Notes under the pieces: generated by a model
The model's database searches: none
What the model was told of the DNA's origin: nothing
The model's input: only the letters and a program-made list of their open reading frames with translations
DNA from: Candidatus Dadabacteria bacterium
GTDB taxonomy: Bacteria; Desulfobacterota_D; UBA1144; Nemesobacterales; Mycalebacteriaceae
DNA: 64,000 bases
Assembly (NCBI GenBank): GCA_026708565.1
Contig: JAPOUR010000059.1
Location: 24,814 to 88,813 of the forward strand
Direction: 5' to 3'
Program-made: the position numbers and the translations under genes
Shown: positions 18,201-26,637 of the stretch, in pieces
Position numbering within the stretch: the stretch's first letter is position 1
Layout of the letters: every line of letters starts with the position of its first letter

Positions 18201-18993
18201 CAGAAGCCGCCACCTTCTGGAAAAATCCCGCTGGGTGGCGGAGGGGCTGGATGAGGGCGCGGCGGCGCGGCGTTCGCTTCACAGGGTCTTCGGCTCAAAG
18301 CCCGGCTCATACGGCGCGGGGCTTCAGTCCGCAATAGATTCAAAGAACTGGAAGACGCCGGAGGACCTGGCGATGATATACGTAAACTGGAGCGGCTACG
18401 CCTACGGGCCGGACGGCCCCCGGTCAGAGCACGAGGCATACGGAATGCGCCTCGCCTCCCTGGACATAGTCCTCCAGAATCAGGACAACCGCGAGCACGA
18501 CATTCTGGATTCGGATGATTACTATCAGTTTCACGGGGGCATGGCAAACGCCGCGCGCGCAAGCGGGGCCGGCGGCGCGCCTGCGGTTTACTTCGGCGAC
18601 AATTCAAGGCCCGAAAGCCCGAAAATCAAAACCCTCAAAGAGGAGTTGCTCAGGGTTTACCGCTCCCGCGCGGTAAACCCCAAGTGGATTGAGGCGATGA
18701 GAAATCACGGATACAAGGGCGCGTTTGAGATGGCCGCCACCGTTGACTACCTGTTCGGCTACGATGCCATGACCGGTATTGTGGACGATTTTGTTTACGA
18801 AGGGGTGGCGGAGGCGTATCTGTTTGATGCGGACAACTTCAAATTTCTCAAGGAGAACAACCCCCGCGCGGCGGCGGAGATGGCGGAAAGGATGCTTGAA
18901 GCCGCCCAGCGCGGGATGTGGGAAAACCCCGGCGGGCAAACGCTGGAGCGGTTGCGGGAGATATTCACCGAGGCCGAAGCCGTTCGGGAATAA
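15265..18993 (+). CDS. cobN: Cobaltochelatase large subunit CobN
   Basis: 1242-aa protein with the conserved CobN/Mg-chelatase H-subunit architecture, directly following cobW. Confidence 0.85.
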   Translation: MHLIATIPGGWSPGDGGGVFSVEQTPGDMVFLSAADTDILCMNSAYREILSSEKHIPSLRMANLAHLKQEASADGYIDSVVGGARLVVARMLGGRNYYPYVCDSLCAECKKNNTPLVFLPGDDSPDAGLMSLSTAPPDWTRAAWDYFSSGGTENCGNFLRLAFNTFFGFSLKVSPPRKTPDIFLFDEFEKPANKKASAAIVAYRSLYLSANLSPMASLARALASLGIASRAIFVKSLREREDVLALENALSGGGFDIIFNATSFALKGAADGGDFIFEKIKLPVFQAVFASCAQESWRENLFGLSPTDMAINISLPEMDGKIDAGPVCFKRALEKDPATDSEIVAFAPYEDGCRRAAALGDGWLSLAKKDNARKKIALIMPNYPSRDGRLANGVGLDTPQSCVRILEALARDGYRLGGEFPLSAPELMDAIASRVTNEPDFMNVRESEIFLPLADFLSCYRLLPESMRGRIEAQWGAPEKDPRLCGGGFPLPGIMYGNVFVSIQPERGYGQDTKAVYHSPDIPPPFRYLAFYFWVFRRFGADAVVHLGKHGNLEWLPGKSVALDPETCFPAAVFPPVPHFYPFIVNDPGEGSQAKRRAHAVIIDHLIPPMVRAGGYGDYLRLEQLLDEYYQAWGLDPARAEFLKEEIAQVVEKTRIHEDLGCPADDLDEVMARLDAYLCEIKESQIRGGLHILGQPPEGEPLAELLVALHRIGAGELPGITQALASDMGLSFDPVDCDYGSAFSGKVGEKTPRTLGAAVEELEEMAKTAMERAVAGRSAGCVDRGKFPAFASVCEAALRDTLPRLERCPDEITNLLAGLRGLHVPSGPSGAPTRGRPDILPTGRNFHSLDTRGLPTRAAYALGKKSAEALIARHLQDSGEFPAAAGISVWGTSTMRTGADDIAQAFALMGLRPVWQGESGRVTDFEVVSLTELGRPRVDVTLRISGFFRDAFPDLISLFNHAVDKVAAMDDEPPEMNPLRSRHLLEKSRWVAEGLDEGAAARRSLHRVFGSKPGSYGAGLQSAIDSKNWKTPEDLAMIYVNWSGYAYGPDGPRSEHEAYGMRLASLDIVLQNQDNREHDILDSDDYYQFHGGMANAARASGAGGAPAVYFGDNSRPESPKIKTLKEELLRVYRSRAVNPKWIEAMRNHGYKGAFEMAATVDYLFGYDAMTGIVDDFVYEGVAEAYLFDADNFKFLKENNPRAAAEMAERMLEAAQRGMWENPGGQTLERLREIFTEAEAVRE

Positions 18994-19038
18994 ATTTCCA
19001 AATCTCCGCCGTTGCTGTAAACTTGGCGGCAGGTTTCC

Positions 19039-20043
19039 ATGAACATAGCAATTGTAGGATACGGATACTGGGGCCCGAACCTCGCCCGTAATTTCGCCTC
19101 TCTTGAAGGGGCGTCAGTCCGGGCTGTTTGCGAGACCGACCCCGCGCTTGCAAAAAAGGCGCAGGCCGACCACCCGCTCTCCGCAGTTACGGCAAGTTTT
19201 GACGACATACTCGCGGACTCTTCCATAGACGCCGTTTGCGTGGCGACCCCGGCGTCCTCCCATGCGGACCTTTCCATGCGCGCGCTTGCCGCGGGAAAGC
19301 ACCTGCTTGTTGAAAAGCCAATGGCAATGAGTTCGTCAGGTTGCGACAGGATGGCCGAACTCGCCGACAAAAAAGGGCTTGTCCTGATGGTTGACCACAC
19401 TTTTGTCTATTCGGGCGCGGTGAGGAAGCTGGCCGCGATTGCGGGGGGCGGCGAACTTGGAGACCTTTATTACTTTGATTCGGTGAGGATCAACCTCGGA
19501 ATTGTCCAGACGGATGTCAATGTGCTTTGGGACCTTGCCGTTCACGACCTTTCAATCCTTTTTCAGGTCAGCGGCGAGCAGCCGGTCGCGGTTTCCGCCT
19601 CGGCGGTCTCGCACATCTCCGGCATGCCCGTTGACACCGCCTACATGACGCTTCATTACAAATCTTCATTCATCGCGCACATACATGTGGGGTGGCTCGC
19701 CCCCGTTAAAATAAGGCGCACAACGGTCGCCGGAAACCGCAAAATGGCTATATACGATGACACGGAGTCCACCGAGAAACTGAAAATTTACGACAGCGGG
19801 GTTGATATGAGGAGCGCCGGCACGGACATAAAGCAGCTTCGGGTTGAGTACCGTTCGGGAGACATACATGTTCCCCGGATTGAATCATCTGAACCGCTTT
19901 CCCTTGTGGCGTCGGAGTTTCTTTCGTCCGTCCGGGAGGGAAGAAAGCCGCGAACGGACGCCGCCGCCGGGTCGCGTATAGTGCGCATACTTGAGGCCGC
20001 AGACCTGTCAATCAGGCAAAACGGGGAGAGGGTTGCCCTCTGA
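19039..20043 (+). CDS. Gfo/Idh/MocA-family NAD(P)-dependent oxidoreductase
   Basis: 'MNIAIVGYGYWGPNLARNF' plus 'EKPMA' in a Rossmann N-terminus. Confidence 0.85.
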   Translation: MNIAIVGYGYWGPNLARNFASLEGASVRAVCETDPALAKKAQADHPLSAVTASFDDILADSSIDAVCVATPASSHADLSMRALAAGKHLLVEKPMAMSSSGCDRMAELADKKGLVLMVDHTFVYSGAVRKLAAIAGGGELGDLYYFDSVRINLGIVQTDVNVLWDLAVHDLSILFQVSGEQPVAVSASAVSHISGMPVDTAYMTLHYKSSFIAHIHVGWLAPVKIRRTTVAGNRKMAIYDDTESTEKLKIYDSGVDMRSAGTDIKQLRVEYRSGDIHVPRIESSEPLSLVASEFLSSVREGRKPRTDAAAGSRIVRILEAADLSIRQNGERVAL

Positions 20044-20051
20044 CACGCGCC

Positions 20052-21152
20052 ATGAAAGTTCCCTTTCTTGACCTGTCCGTTGCGGATGCTTCCGTTCGGG
20101 ACGAGATGAAACGCTCTCTCGCCGCCGTTGCGGACTCCGGTTTTTACGTTCTGGGCCCCGAAGTGGAGGCGTTTGAAAACAGGTTCGCCGAATTTGCCGG
20201 CGCAAGGCATGCGGTGTGTGTGAACAGCGGCACAAGCGCCCTTCACCTCGCCTTTCTCTCCGCCGGAGTGGGCGCGGGAGACGAGGTTATCGTCCCCGCA
20301 ATGACCTTCATAGCCACCGCGATGGCGGCGACATACATAGGGGCGAAGCCCGTTTGCGTTGATGTTGACGGTTTCTGCGCAATGGACCCCGGAGCGGTTG
20401 AGGCCGCGATAACCCCGAAAACAAAGGCAATTGTTCCCGTGCATCTTTACGGTCAGCCCGCCGGTATGGACGCGATAACGGAGATAGCCGAAAGAAACGG
20501 CGTCCCCGTAATAGAAGACGCCGCTCAGGCGCACGGGGCGGAATACCGGGGGGAGAGGTGCGGGGGCATGGGGCTTGCCGCCGCATGGAGTTTCTATCCG
20601 GGCAAAAACCTCGGCGCTCTGGGCGAGGGCGGAGCAATTACCACAAACGACTCTGCGGTCGCGGAGAAATGCAGAATGTTGCGGGACTGGGGGCAGTCGT
20701 CAAAAGGGTTTCACTCGGAAAAGGGTTTCAACTACAGAATGGACGCGCTTCAGGGGGCGGTTCTGGGCGTCAAACTCGGGCGCGCGGAGGAGTGGGCAAA
20801 CCTTCGCGCCGCCGCCGCAGTCCGCTACCGCGAACTGCTTTCCGGTTCCGCCGTCCGCTTGCAGGAACTCCGCCCGGACTGCCGCCATGTGTGGCATGTG
20901 TTCGCCGCGATGGTGGAAAACAGAGACCTCGCCGCCGCGCGTATGCGCGAGCGGGGAGTGAGTGTCGGCGTTCATTATCCGAGCCCGGTTCATCTTCACC
21001 CGTGCTACAAAGACCTCGGATACAAACGGGGTGATTTTCCAAATGCGGAAAGAATCGCGGATACCGAACTCTCCCTGCCGATGTTTCCCGGCATCACCGA
21101 TGAGCAGATAAGGTATGTCTGCGATGTTCTGCTTGAAGAGGCGGCGGCCTGA
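20052..21152 (+). CDS. DegT/DnrJ/EryC1/StrS-family PLP-dependent sugar aminotransferase
   Basis: 'FYVLGPEVEAFE..FAEFAGARHAVCVNSGTSAL' and '...YRMDALQGAV'. Confidence 0.9.
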   Translation: MKVPFLDLSVADASVRDEMKRSLAAVADSGFYVLGPEVEAFENRFAEFAGARHAVCVNSGTSALHLAFLSAGVGAGDEVIVPAMTFIATAMAATYIGAKPVCVDVDGFCAMDPGAVEAAITPKTKAIVPVHLYGQPAGMDAITEIAERNGVPVIEDAAQAHGAEYRGERCGGMGLAAAWSFYPGKNLGALGEGGAITTNDSAVAEKCRMLRDWGQSSKGFHSEKGFNYRMDALQGAVLGVKLGRAEEWANLRAAAAVRYRELLSGSAVRLQELRPDCRHVWHVFAAMVENRDLAAARMRERGVSVGVHYPSPVHLHPCYKDLGYKRGDFPNAERIADTELSLPMFPGITDEQIRYVCDVLLEEAAA

Positions 21153-22084
21153 TGAGGAAGATATCCGTCATAACCCCCGCCTTTAACGAGGAGGCAAACC
21201 TTCCCGCGGTTCACGCCGAACTGATTCCGGTTCTTGAAGGTCTGGGGATGGAGTGGGAGTGGATAATCATTGATGACCACTCCACTGATTCAACGCCCGA
21301 TGTGATAAAGGGGTTTGCGCGGGCGGATTCAAGAATAAAGGGCCTTCGCGCGGCGAAAAATGAGGGCTCTCACGCGCTCTGTCTTTTCGGTTTTCAGAAG
21401 GCGTCGGGTGACTGCGCGGTTATATTGTCCGCAGACGGGCAGGACGCGCCCGGCAACATTGCGCGGCTTGTGGAAGAGATGAAAAAGACGGGGAGCAAAG
21501 TCGTGTGGCTCACGCGCGAGGGAGGCAGGGACGACCCGTTTTTCAAACGTTTTATGGCGGGGTTTTACTACTTTGTCATGCGCCGCATTATGGGGGTTTC
21601 CTCAATTCCTCCGGACGGGGGAGACATGGTTCTTGTCAGGGACGGGGCTCTGGATGAAATAAGGAAGATGAGGGGAAAAAACATCAACATCCTCGCCGCC
21701 GTTGCCGAGGTGGGGTTTTCCCAGTCCCGTGTTCCGGGCGAGAGGCGTGCGCGTGTCCACGGCGAAAGCAGATTCACTTTCTCAAAAAACATCAATCTGC
21801 TTTTTGACACTCTCACCGCCCATACTGTCGTGCCGCTTCGGGCGATAACCTTTCTGGGTTTCTTTACGGCTTTTCTGGGGTTTCTCTACGGTGTCAATGT
21901 GGTTGTCGCAAAATTCGCGGGCGTTCCCGCCGAGGGGTGGGCGTCTCTTGTTCTCGTGGTGTTGATTCTCGGCGGCGTGCAGATGGTTATGCTCGGAATC
22001 ATAGGCGAATACCTGTGGCGGACACTTGAGAATACAAGAAAACAGGAAGTTGTTGTTGAGGAGAGAATAGGGGAGTGGCATTAG
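21152..22084 (+). CDS. GT2 polyprenyl-phosphate sugar transferase (ArnC/GtrB-like) with C-terminal transmembrane helices
   Basis: 'ISVITPAFNEEANL', a DxD-type core, and two C-terminal hydrophobic helices. Confidence 0.8.
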   Translation: MRKISVITPAFNEEANLPAVHAELIPVLEGLGMEWEWIIIDDHSTDSTPDVIKGFARADSRIKGLRAAKNEGSHALCLFGFQKASGDCAVILSADGQDAPGNIARLVEEMKKTGSKVVWLTREGGRDDPFFKRFMAGFYYFVMRRIMGVSSIPPDGGDMVLVRDGALDEIRKMRGKNINILAAVAEVGFSQSRVPGERRARVHGESRFTFSKNINLLFDTLTAHTVVPLRAITFLGFFTAFLGFLYGVNVVVAKFAGVPAEGWASLVLVVLILGGVQMVMLGIIGEYLWRTLENTRKQEVVVEERIGEWH

Positions 22085-23016
22085 CCCCCGGCAATCCAGT
22101 CCCATGTTTTTGAGATTCCGTTCTCTATGCCGACTTCGGGACGCCAGCCCAGAGTTTCTTCAGCAAGCGAGTAGTCAAGGCATATCCTGTCCACATCGCC
22201 GCTTTTGGTCGCGGCTTTTTTAATTTTCACCTCTTTACCTGAAACCCGGGCGAGGCAGTCAATAATGTCGTTTATGGAGGTTTCCTTTCCGGTGCAGACA
22301 TTGAAGATGCCGCCCGGTTTTCCCGCGCTCAGGTGTTGCGCGCAAAGGGCGTTTGCGCGCGCAACATCGGAGCAGTGGACATAGTCTCTGGTCTGCCCGC
22401 CGTCCCCCCAGATTGTTGTTTCCAGCCCCCGTTTGTGGTTTCCGCAGAGTATTGCCACAATGCCGGTTGTTCTTTCGGTGTCCTGCCGCTCCCCGTAAAC
22501 ATTTGAGTATCGCAGGGCAGTAAAGTCAATTCCCCGCTCATTCTTGAAGAAATGAAGGTAGTTCTCAACGCACAGTTTCGCTATTCCGTAGGGAGACTCC
22601 GGCTGCCGGGGGGTTTGCTCACCGGCGGGGATTTTTGAGACGTTTCCGTAAACAGCCCCCGTTGAGGCGAAAATGAACTTTCCGACCCCGTGCCGGGAGC
22701 ATAGGTTCAGCAGATTGAGAGAGCCCGCTATGTTTATATCCGCATCAAAAGCCGGGTCATCCGCCGACACGCGCACATCTATGTGGGCGGCGTGGTGGTC
22801 TACCAGATCGGGCTTGAAAGATGAAAAGATCTTTTCCATCGCGCCGCCGTCCCGTATGTCACACTTTTCAAATTCCGCTTCCGCCGGAAGGTTGTCCTCC
22901 TTTCCGGCGGACAGGTCGTCAATGATTAAAACTGAATGCCCGTTTTTGATGAATTCGCGGGAAACGTGAGAGCCGATAAAGCCCGCCCCGCCCGTAAGGA
23001 GTATCTTCATAAACAC
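22081..23016 (-). CDS. NAD-dependent sugar epimerase/dehydratase (GalE-like SDR)
   Basis: 'MKILLTGGAGFIGSHV' and the 'YGIAK' catalytic motif. Confidence 0.85.
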   Translation of the reverse strand: MFMKILLTGGAGFIGSHVSREFIKNGHSVLIIDDLSAGKEDNLPAEAEFEKCDIRDGGAMEKIFSSFKPDLVDHHAAHIDVRVSADDPAFDADINIAGSLNLLNLCSRHGVGKFIFASTGAVYGNVSKIPAGEQTPRQPESPYGIAKLCVENYLHFFKNERGIDFTALRYSNVYGERQDTERTTGIVAILCGNHKRGLETTIWGDGGQTRDYVHCSDVARANALCAQHLSAGKPGGIFNVCTGKETSINDIIDCLARVSGKEVKIKKAATKSGDVDRICLDYSLAEETLGWRPEVGIENGISKTWDWIAGG

Positions 23017-23084
23017 CCAGACTACCCGCCTTTATCTTCAATGCAAGTTTTCCACATTCTTTCCGTGTGTTATAATGCGCCATC

Positions 23085-24059
23085 GTGCTTCAGCCCGTTC
23101 TTTCAAAACTTCGTTGCCCTGTGTGTATGAATAGAGGAGAGGAGGGCAGTTTGCGCTTTGAATTGGGGGTTTGTAGTTGCGTTTCCTGTTCGGAAACTTT
23201 CACAGGGCCGGGCGGCGTGACTGAGCTGGTTATTCCGCAATTGCGTTATGAAAATACTGGTAAGAATTCCGGCGGGGAGTATTCCGCTCAGGTTTCACAG
23301 CGGGAGCATTTTGATCAATGGTCTTCGGACAGCGAGTTGAGTTACGAAGATTTCAAGGAAAAACCTCACAGCGTGGTGGTGGAAGAAGTCATATTTCGTT
23401 ATTTGCAAAAAAGAACCGAGCGGAGCGGCTGGTTGTTGGATGCGGCTTGCGGACCCGGCGATTTTGCCCTCAGAATGGCGGAAGCCGGGCATTATGTTGC
23501 CGGTTTTGACATCTCCCGCGAATCCATTCTGCGGGCCATGCGGAAGGCGGAAGAAAGAGGCCTTTCCGACCGTGTTTGTTTTTTTGTCGCGGATCTTCAT
23601 GAACCGCCGGTTTGCGAAAATTCATGGGACTGTGTGTTAACTATCGGCGCTTTGCACCATGTTCCCGACCCGAAACAATCCTGTATTAGGATTCAATCGG
23701 CTTTGAAACCCGGAGGATTTCATTTTTTCAGCGAGAATAACAAATCGTTTGTTCGTCCCGTTTTTGATTTGATGATGAAGTTGTGGCCCCTTTGGCACGA
23801 AGAGGCGGGTTCCCATAATGTAATTTCCAAGCGGGACATTATTGACTGGCACAGAGGAATGGATGTTGAAACAGACTTTTTCTACAGCATGTTTGTTCCG
23901 CCGCACCTTGAAACATTGGTTGGCGGAAACCTGAAATCGCTTGTTTCTGTCACGGACAAAGTGTTCGGTCAAATGCCGTGGGTTTGTCGTTTGGGCGGTT
24001 TTATACACGGCTCTGTTAAAAAACTGTCTTGCGGGAGAGACCTTGTTGAAGAAAGTTGA
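23085..24059 (+). CDS. Class I SAM-dependent methyltransferase with an N-terminal Cys4 zinc-ribbon
   Basis: 'CPVC...CSCVSC' is followed by 'LLDAACGPGDFALRMAEAGHYVAGFDIS' (SAM-binding motif I). Confidence 0.75.
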   Translation: MLQPVLSKLRCPVCMNRGEEGSLRFELGVCSCVSCSETFTGPGGVTELVIPQLRYENTGKNSGGEYSAQVSQREHFDQWSSDSELSYEDFKEKPHSVVVEEVIFRYLQKRTERSGWLLDAACGPGDFALRMAEAGHYVAGFDISRESILRAMRKAEERGLSDRVCFFVADLHEPPVCENSWDCVLTIGALHHVPDPKQSCIRIQSALKPGGFHFFSENNKSFVRPVFDLMMKLWPLWHEEAGSHNVISKRDIIDWHRGMDVETDFFYSMFVPPHLETLVGGNLKSLVSVTDKVFGQMPWVCRLGGFIHGSVKKLSCGRDLVEES

Positions 24060-24603
24060 ATCGGCGCGTGGTGTAACGGTTTCATTCCGCCTTGTTGAAG
24101 AAGCGGATGCGGAGTTTATTGTGAGGTTGAGAACCGACCCTGAACTTGGGCGCTACCTGTTTCCTACTGATCCCTCGGTTCAGAAACAACGGGAATGGCT
24201 TGCGGACTACAAAAAACGTGAGGCAGATGGGGTGGAGTATTACTACATAATTTTCCGCAACGAAGACGAGAAAAGGTGCGGTACGGTCAGGTTGTTTATT
24301 GAAGAAGATCATTTTGAGTGGGGAAGTTTGATTTTGAATGGCGACAAGACTCCCACCTCCTCAATTGAGATGGCGCTTTTTATTTGTCAGGCGGGTTTTG
24401 AAGTTTTTGGTTTTCAAAAAGCTTCCTGCAAGGTTCACAAAGACAACCTACCCTCGATCAAGTTTCATGCAAAAATGAATGCGCGCATTGTTGGCGAAGT
24501 GGAAACCGGAGTAGGGATGGAACGTCTTTACGAAATGAACTTGGAAGACTGGGAAAAACTTCGCCAAAAGTTTAAGCCGCTTCTTGTGAAAGAGTTGAAT
24601 TAA
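24047..24603 (+). CDS. GNAT-family N-acetyltransferase (start uncertain; no ATG available, so a TTG is assumed)
   Basis: ~185 aa with a GNAT-like core 'YYYIIFRNEDEKRCGTVRLF...'. Lies inside the sugar-modification cluster. Confidence 0.5.
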
Positions 24604-24612
24604 AGAGAAGAT

Positions 24613-26613
24613 ATGAAAGGAGAGTTTATCAGATTTCTTATGGTCGGCGGCGCAAAGACCGTATTGACCTACGGCATCTATCTGGTTCTGCTTTACTTTA
24701 TCAATCCTTACTGGGCTTACATTGCGTCTTTTGTCGCAAGCGTTTACCCTTCTTACCTGCTGAATGTGAAGTTCACTTTTCGCGCCGAACACTCATCGGA
24801 AAAACTGGTTTCCTACCCCCTTGTTTTTGTGGTCCAAATGCTTGCCGGTCTTGCCGCTTTGCACATATCCCTTCAAGCGGGTGCTTCCGATAAACTGGCT
24901 CCTATTTTTGCTATCATGGTTGGAATTCCGGTTGGCTTTCTTATGGCGAGGTGGGTAATAGGAGAGGGAAAAGAAAACAGAAATCCGGTTTTGTTTCTTG
25001 CCGTTTCCGCTTTTGCAGTTTCAATCGCCGCGATTTACGGCGCGCTTTTGAACGGTGATTTGTTTCTGCACGGGATTCTTTTTAGTTCGGACGAGGCAAC
25101 ACCTTTTGTTATGTGGCAGGATGTCCGGGCTGGGATTTTTTCCTATGCCGACTGGAATTTCCAAAGAATAGCGCCCACTTACCTGTTCACTGATTTCCCC
25201 GTTATATGGTCTCTTTTCTGGCTGACGAGCGGCAACATAGCTTTGGGCACTCATCTTTTTGGCGCTTTGATGATGTTTCTTCATGCGCTCGCGTGGATGC
25301 TTGTCAGTGATTTTCTCTTTGGGAAAGACCCTCTGCGCCGCGCCTTTGTTTTCATCCTCTGCACTTTGGGATGGGTCATTCTCGCATACGGGGCGGATGC
25401 CGTTTTGCCCGGAGAGTTTCTTACTCCAACTCGGCATGCCTCAACGTGGGTTGTAGCAGGTTTTGGGGTTTTTCTTTTTCTTTACTCTGTCCGCTCGCGC
25501 CGCACACCCTTTTATATTTTTCTTTTTATACTGTGTTTGACAGGTGTCGTTTCGGATCCCATTTTGACCGTGTGGTTTGTTGCTCCGGCGGCTACTGCGG
25601 GGATTTTGTGGGCCGGTTTATTCAGAACCGTGACTCCGGTTTTCTCGTCCATTGCATGTATAGCAGGGTTTTTATGTTCGCCTCTTTTGAGAGAGTATTT
25701 CATAGAGAAAGGCGAAACAACATTGCAGTATTCCGGATTTGGCAGTCCTGATCAAATCATTGTCGCTTTCAGGGATATGGGAACATGGGCGGCGGAGACG
25801 GCTGTGCGGCATCCGATTTTAGCCGTCGTGTGGGTTTTATTCTTTGTGCTTCTTTTGAGAGCTGTTTTCAAAGGCATCCGCTCTACAACGAATACAAAAG
25901 CGGAACTTTTGTTTGTTCTAATGTTTTTTTTCTTTGCATCTGCCGCTTCGGTGGTTGCGACGGTTTTGAGTGGGAATTTCTTCCTCGGTGGGATGCCTTC
26001 CGAAATTGTGGGGAATGGCAGATATTTTATTCCCGCGCGCGCTGTTCCACTTTTTATCGGATGGGCTTTTTTGATAACGAGCCGCATTACGCTGTTGCCG
26101 CAAATGTTCACAATTACGGCCGTTATTCTGATGACGGTCTGTGCCCCGTATGCGCTTGCATTAAAAAAGAATGGAGCCGCGCTTGTGAATTATTATCCGC
26201 CGTCCGCACAATGTTTTGATGAGGGCATCCGGAGGTTCGGTTTAAAAAAGGGCCTTGCCACTTACTGGTGGACAAAATCAATTATGGCAACCTCAAAAGC
26301 CGAAGTTCAGATAGCGCAAGTCTCCGTCTATCTAAACCGTGAGGGCAAAATCCTGCTTTATCCGTGGAAATTCGGCGTACCCGACCGCTTTTATGAAGGG
26401 CCGTTTGATTTTATAATTGCCAATACCGGCAAAGGTCCCCCCGAAAGAGATTTGTGTTCCATATACAAATGCGGCTCGCCCAGAGATCCGCTGTCAACCT
26501 ACATTCTCTCTCAGGACCGGGCTATGGCGTGGGCGGCACAACATAACAGGCAACCCTCCGCCGTTTTTGAGTGCGAAGGAGCAAAGATTCTGGTTTTCAA
26601 TCCACCACTTTAG
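24613..26613 (+). CDS. GtrA-like flippase domain fused to a large polytopic membrane domain (putative lipid-linked glycosyl transferase/polymerase)
   Basis: The N-terminal ~120 aa ('FIRFLMVGGAKTVLTYGIYLVLLYF...') is GtrA-like. It is followed by more than 12 predicted TM helices and a C-terminal soluble domain. Confidence 0.6.
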   Translation: MKGEFIRFLMVGGAKTVLTYGIYLVLLYFINPYWAYIASFVASVYPSYLLNVKFTFRAEHSSEKLVSYPLVFVVQMLAGLAALHISLQAGASDKLAPIFAIMVGIPVGFLMARWVIGEGKENRNPVLFLAVSAFAVSIAAIYGALLNGDLFLHGILFSSDEATPFVMWQDVRAGIFSYADWNFQRIAPTYLFTDFPVIWSLFWLTSGNIALGTHLFGALMMFLHALAWMLVSDFLFGKDPLRRAFVFILCTLGWVILAYGADAVLPGEFLTPTRHASTWVVAGFGVFLFLYSVRSRRTPFYIFLFILCLTGVVSDPILTVWFVAPAATAGILWAGLFRTVTPVFSSIACIAGFLCSPLLREYFIEKGETTLQYSGFGSPDQIIVAFRDMGTWAAETAVRHPILAVVWVLFFVLLLRAVFKGIRSTTNTKAELLFVLMFFFFASAASVVATVLSGNFFLGGMPSEIVGNGRYFIPARAVPLFIGWAFLITSRITLLPQMFTITAVILMTVCAPYALALKKNGAALVNYYPPSAQCFDEGIRRFGLKKGLATYWWTKSIMATSKAEVQIAQVSVYLNREGKILLYPWKFGVPDRFYEGPFDFIIANTGKGPPERDLCSIYKCGSPRDPLSTYILSQDRAMAWAAQHNRQPSAVFECEGAKILVFNPPL

Positions 26614-26637
26614 TTCCGTCTCAATTTTGAGCCCGTT

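Noticed and set aside
23017-23084. Divergent promoter with TATAAT at ~23070 between the epimerase and methyltransferase genes
   Set aside because: A -10-like hexamer is present, but no convincing -35 element at a suitable spacing was found. The evidence is too weak to call.
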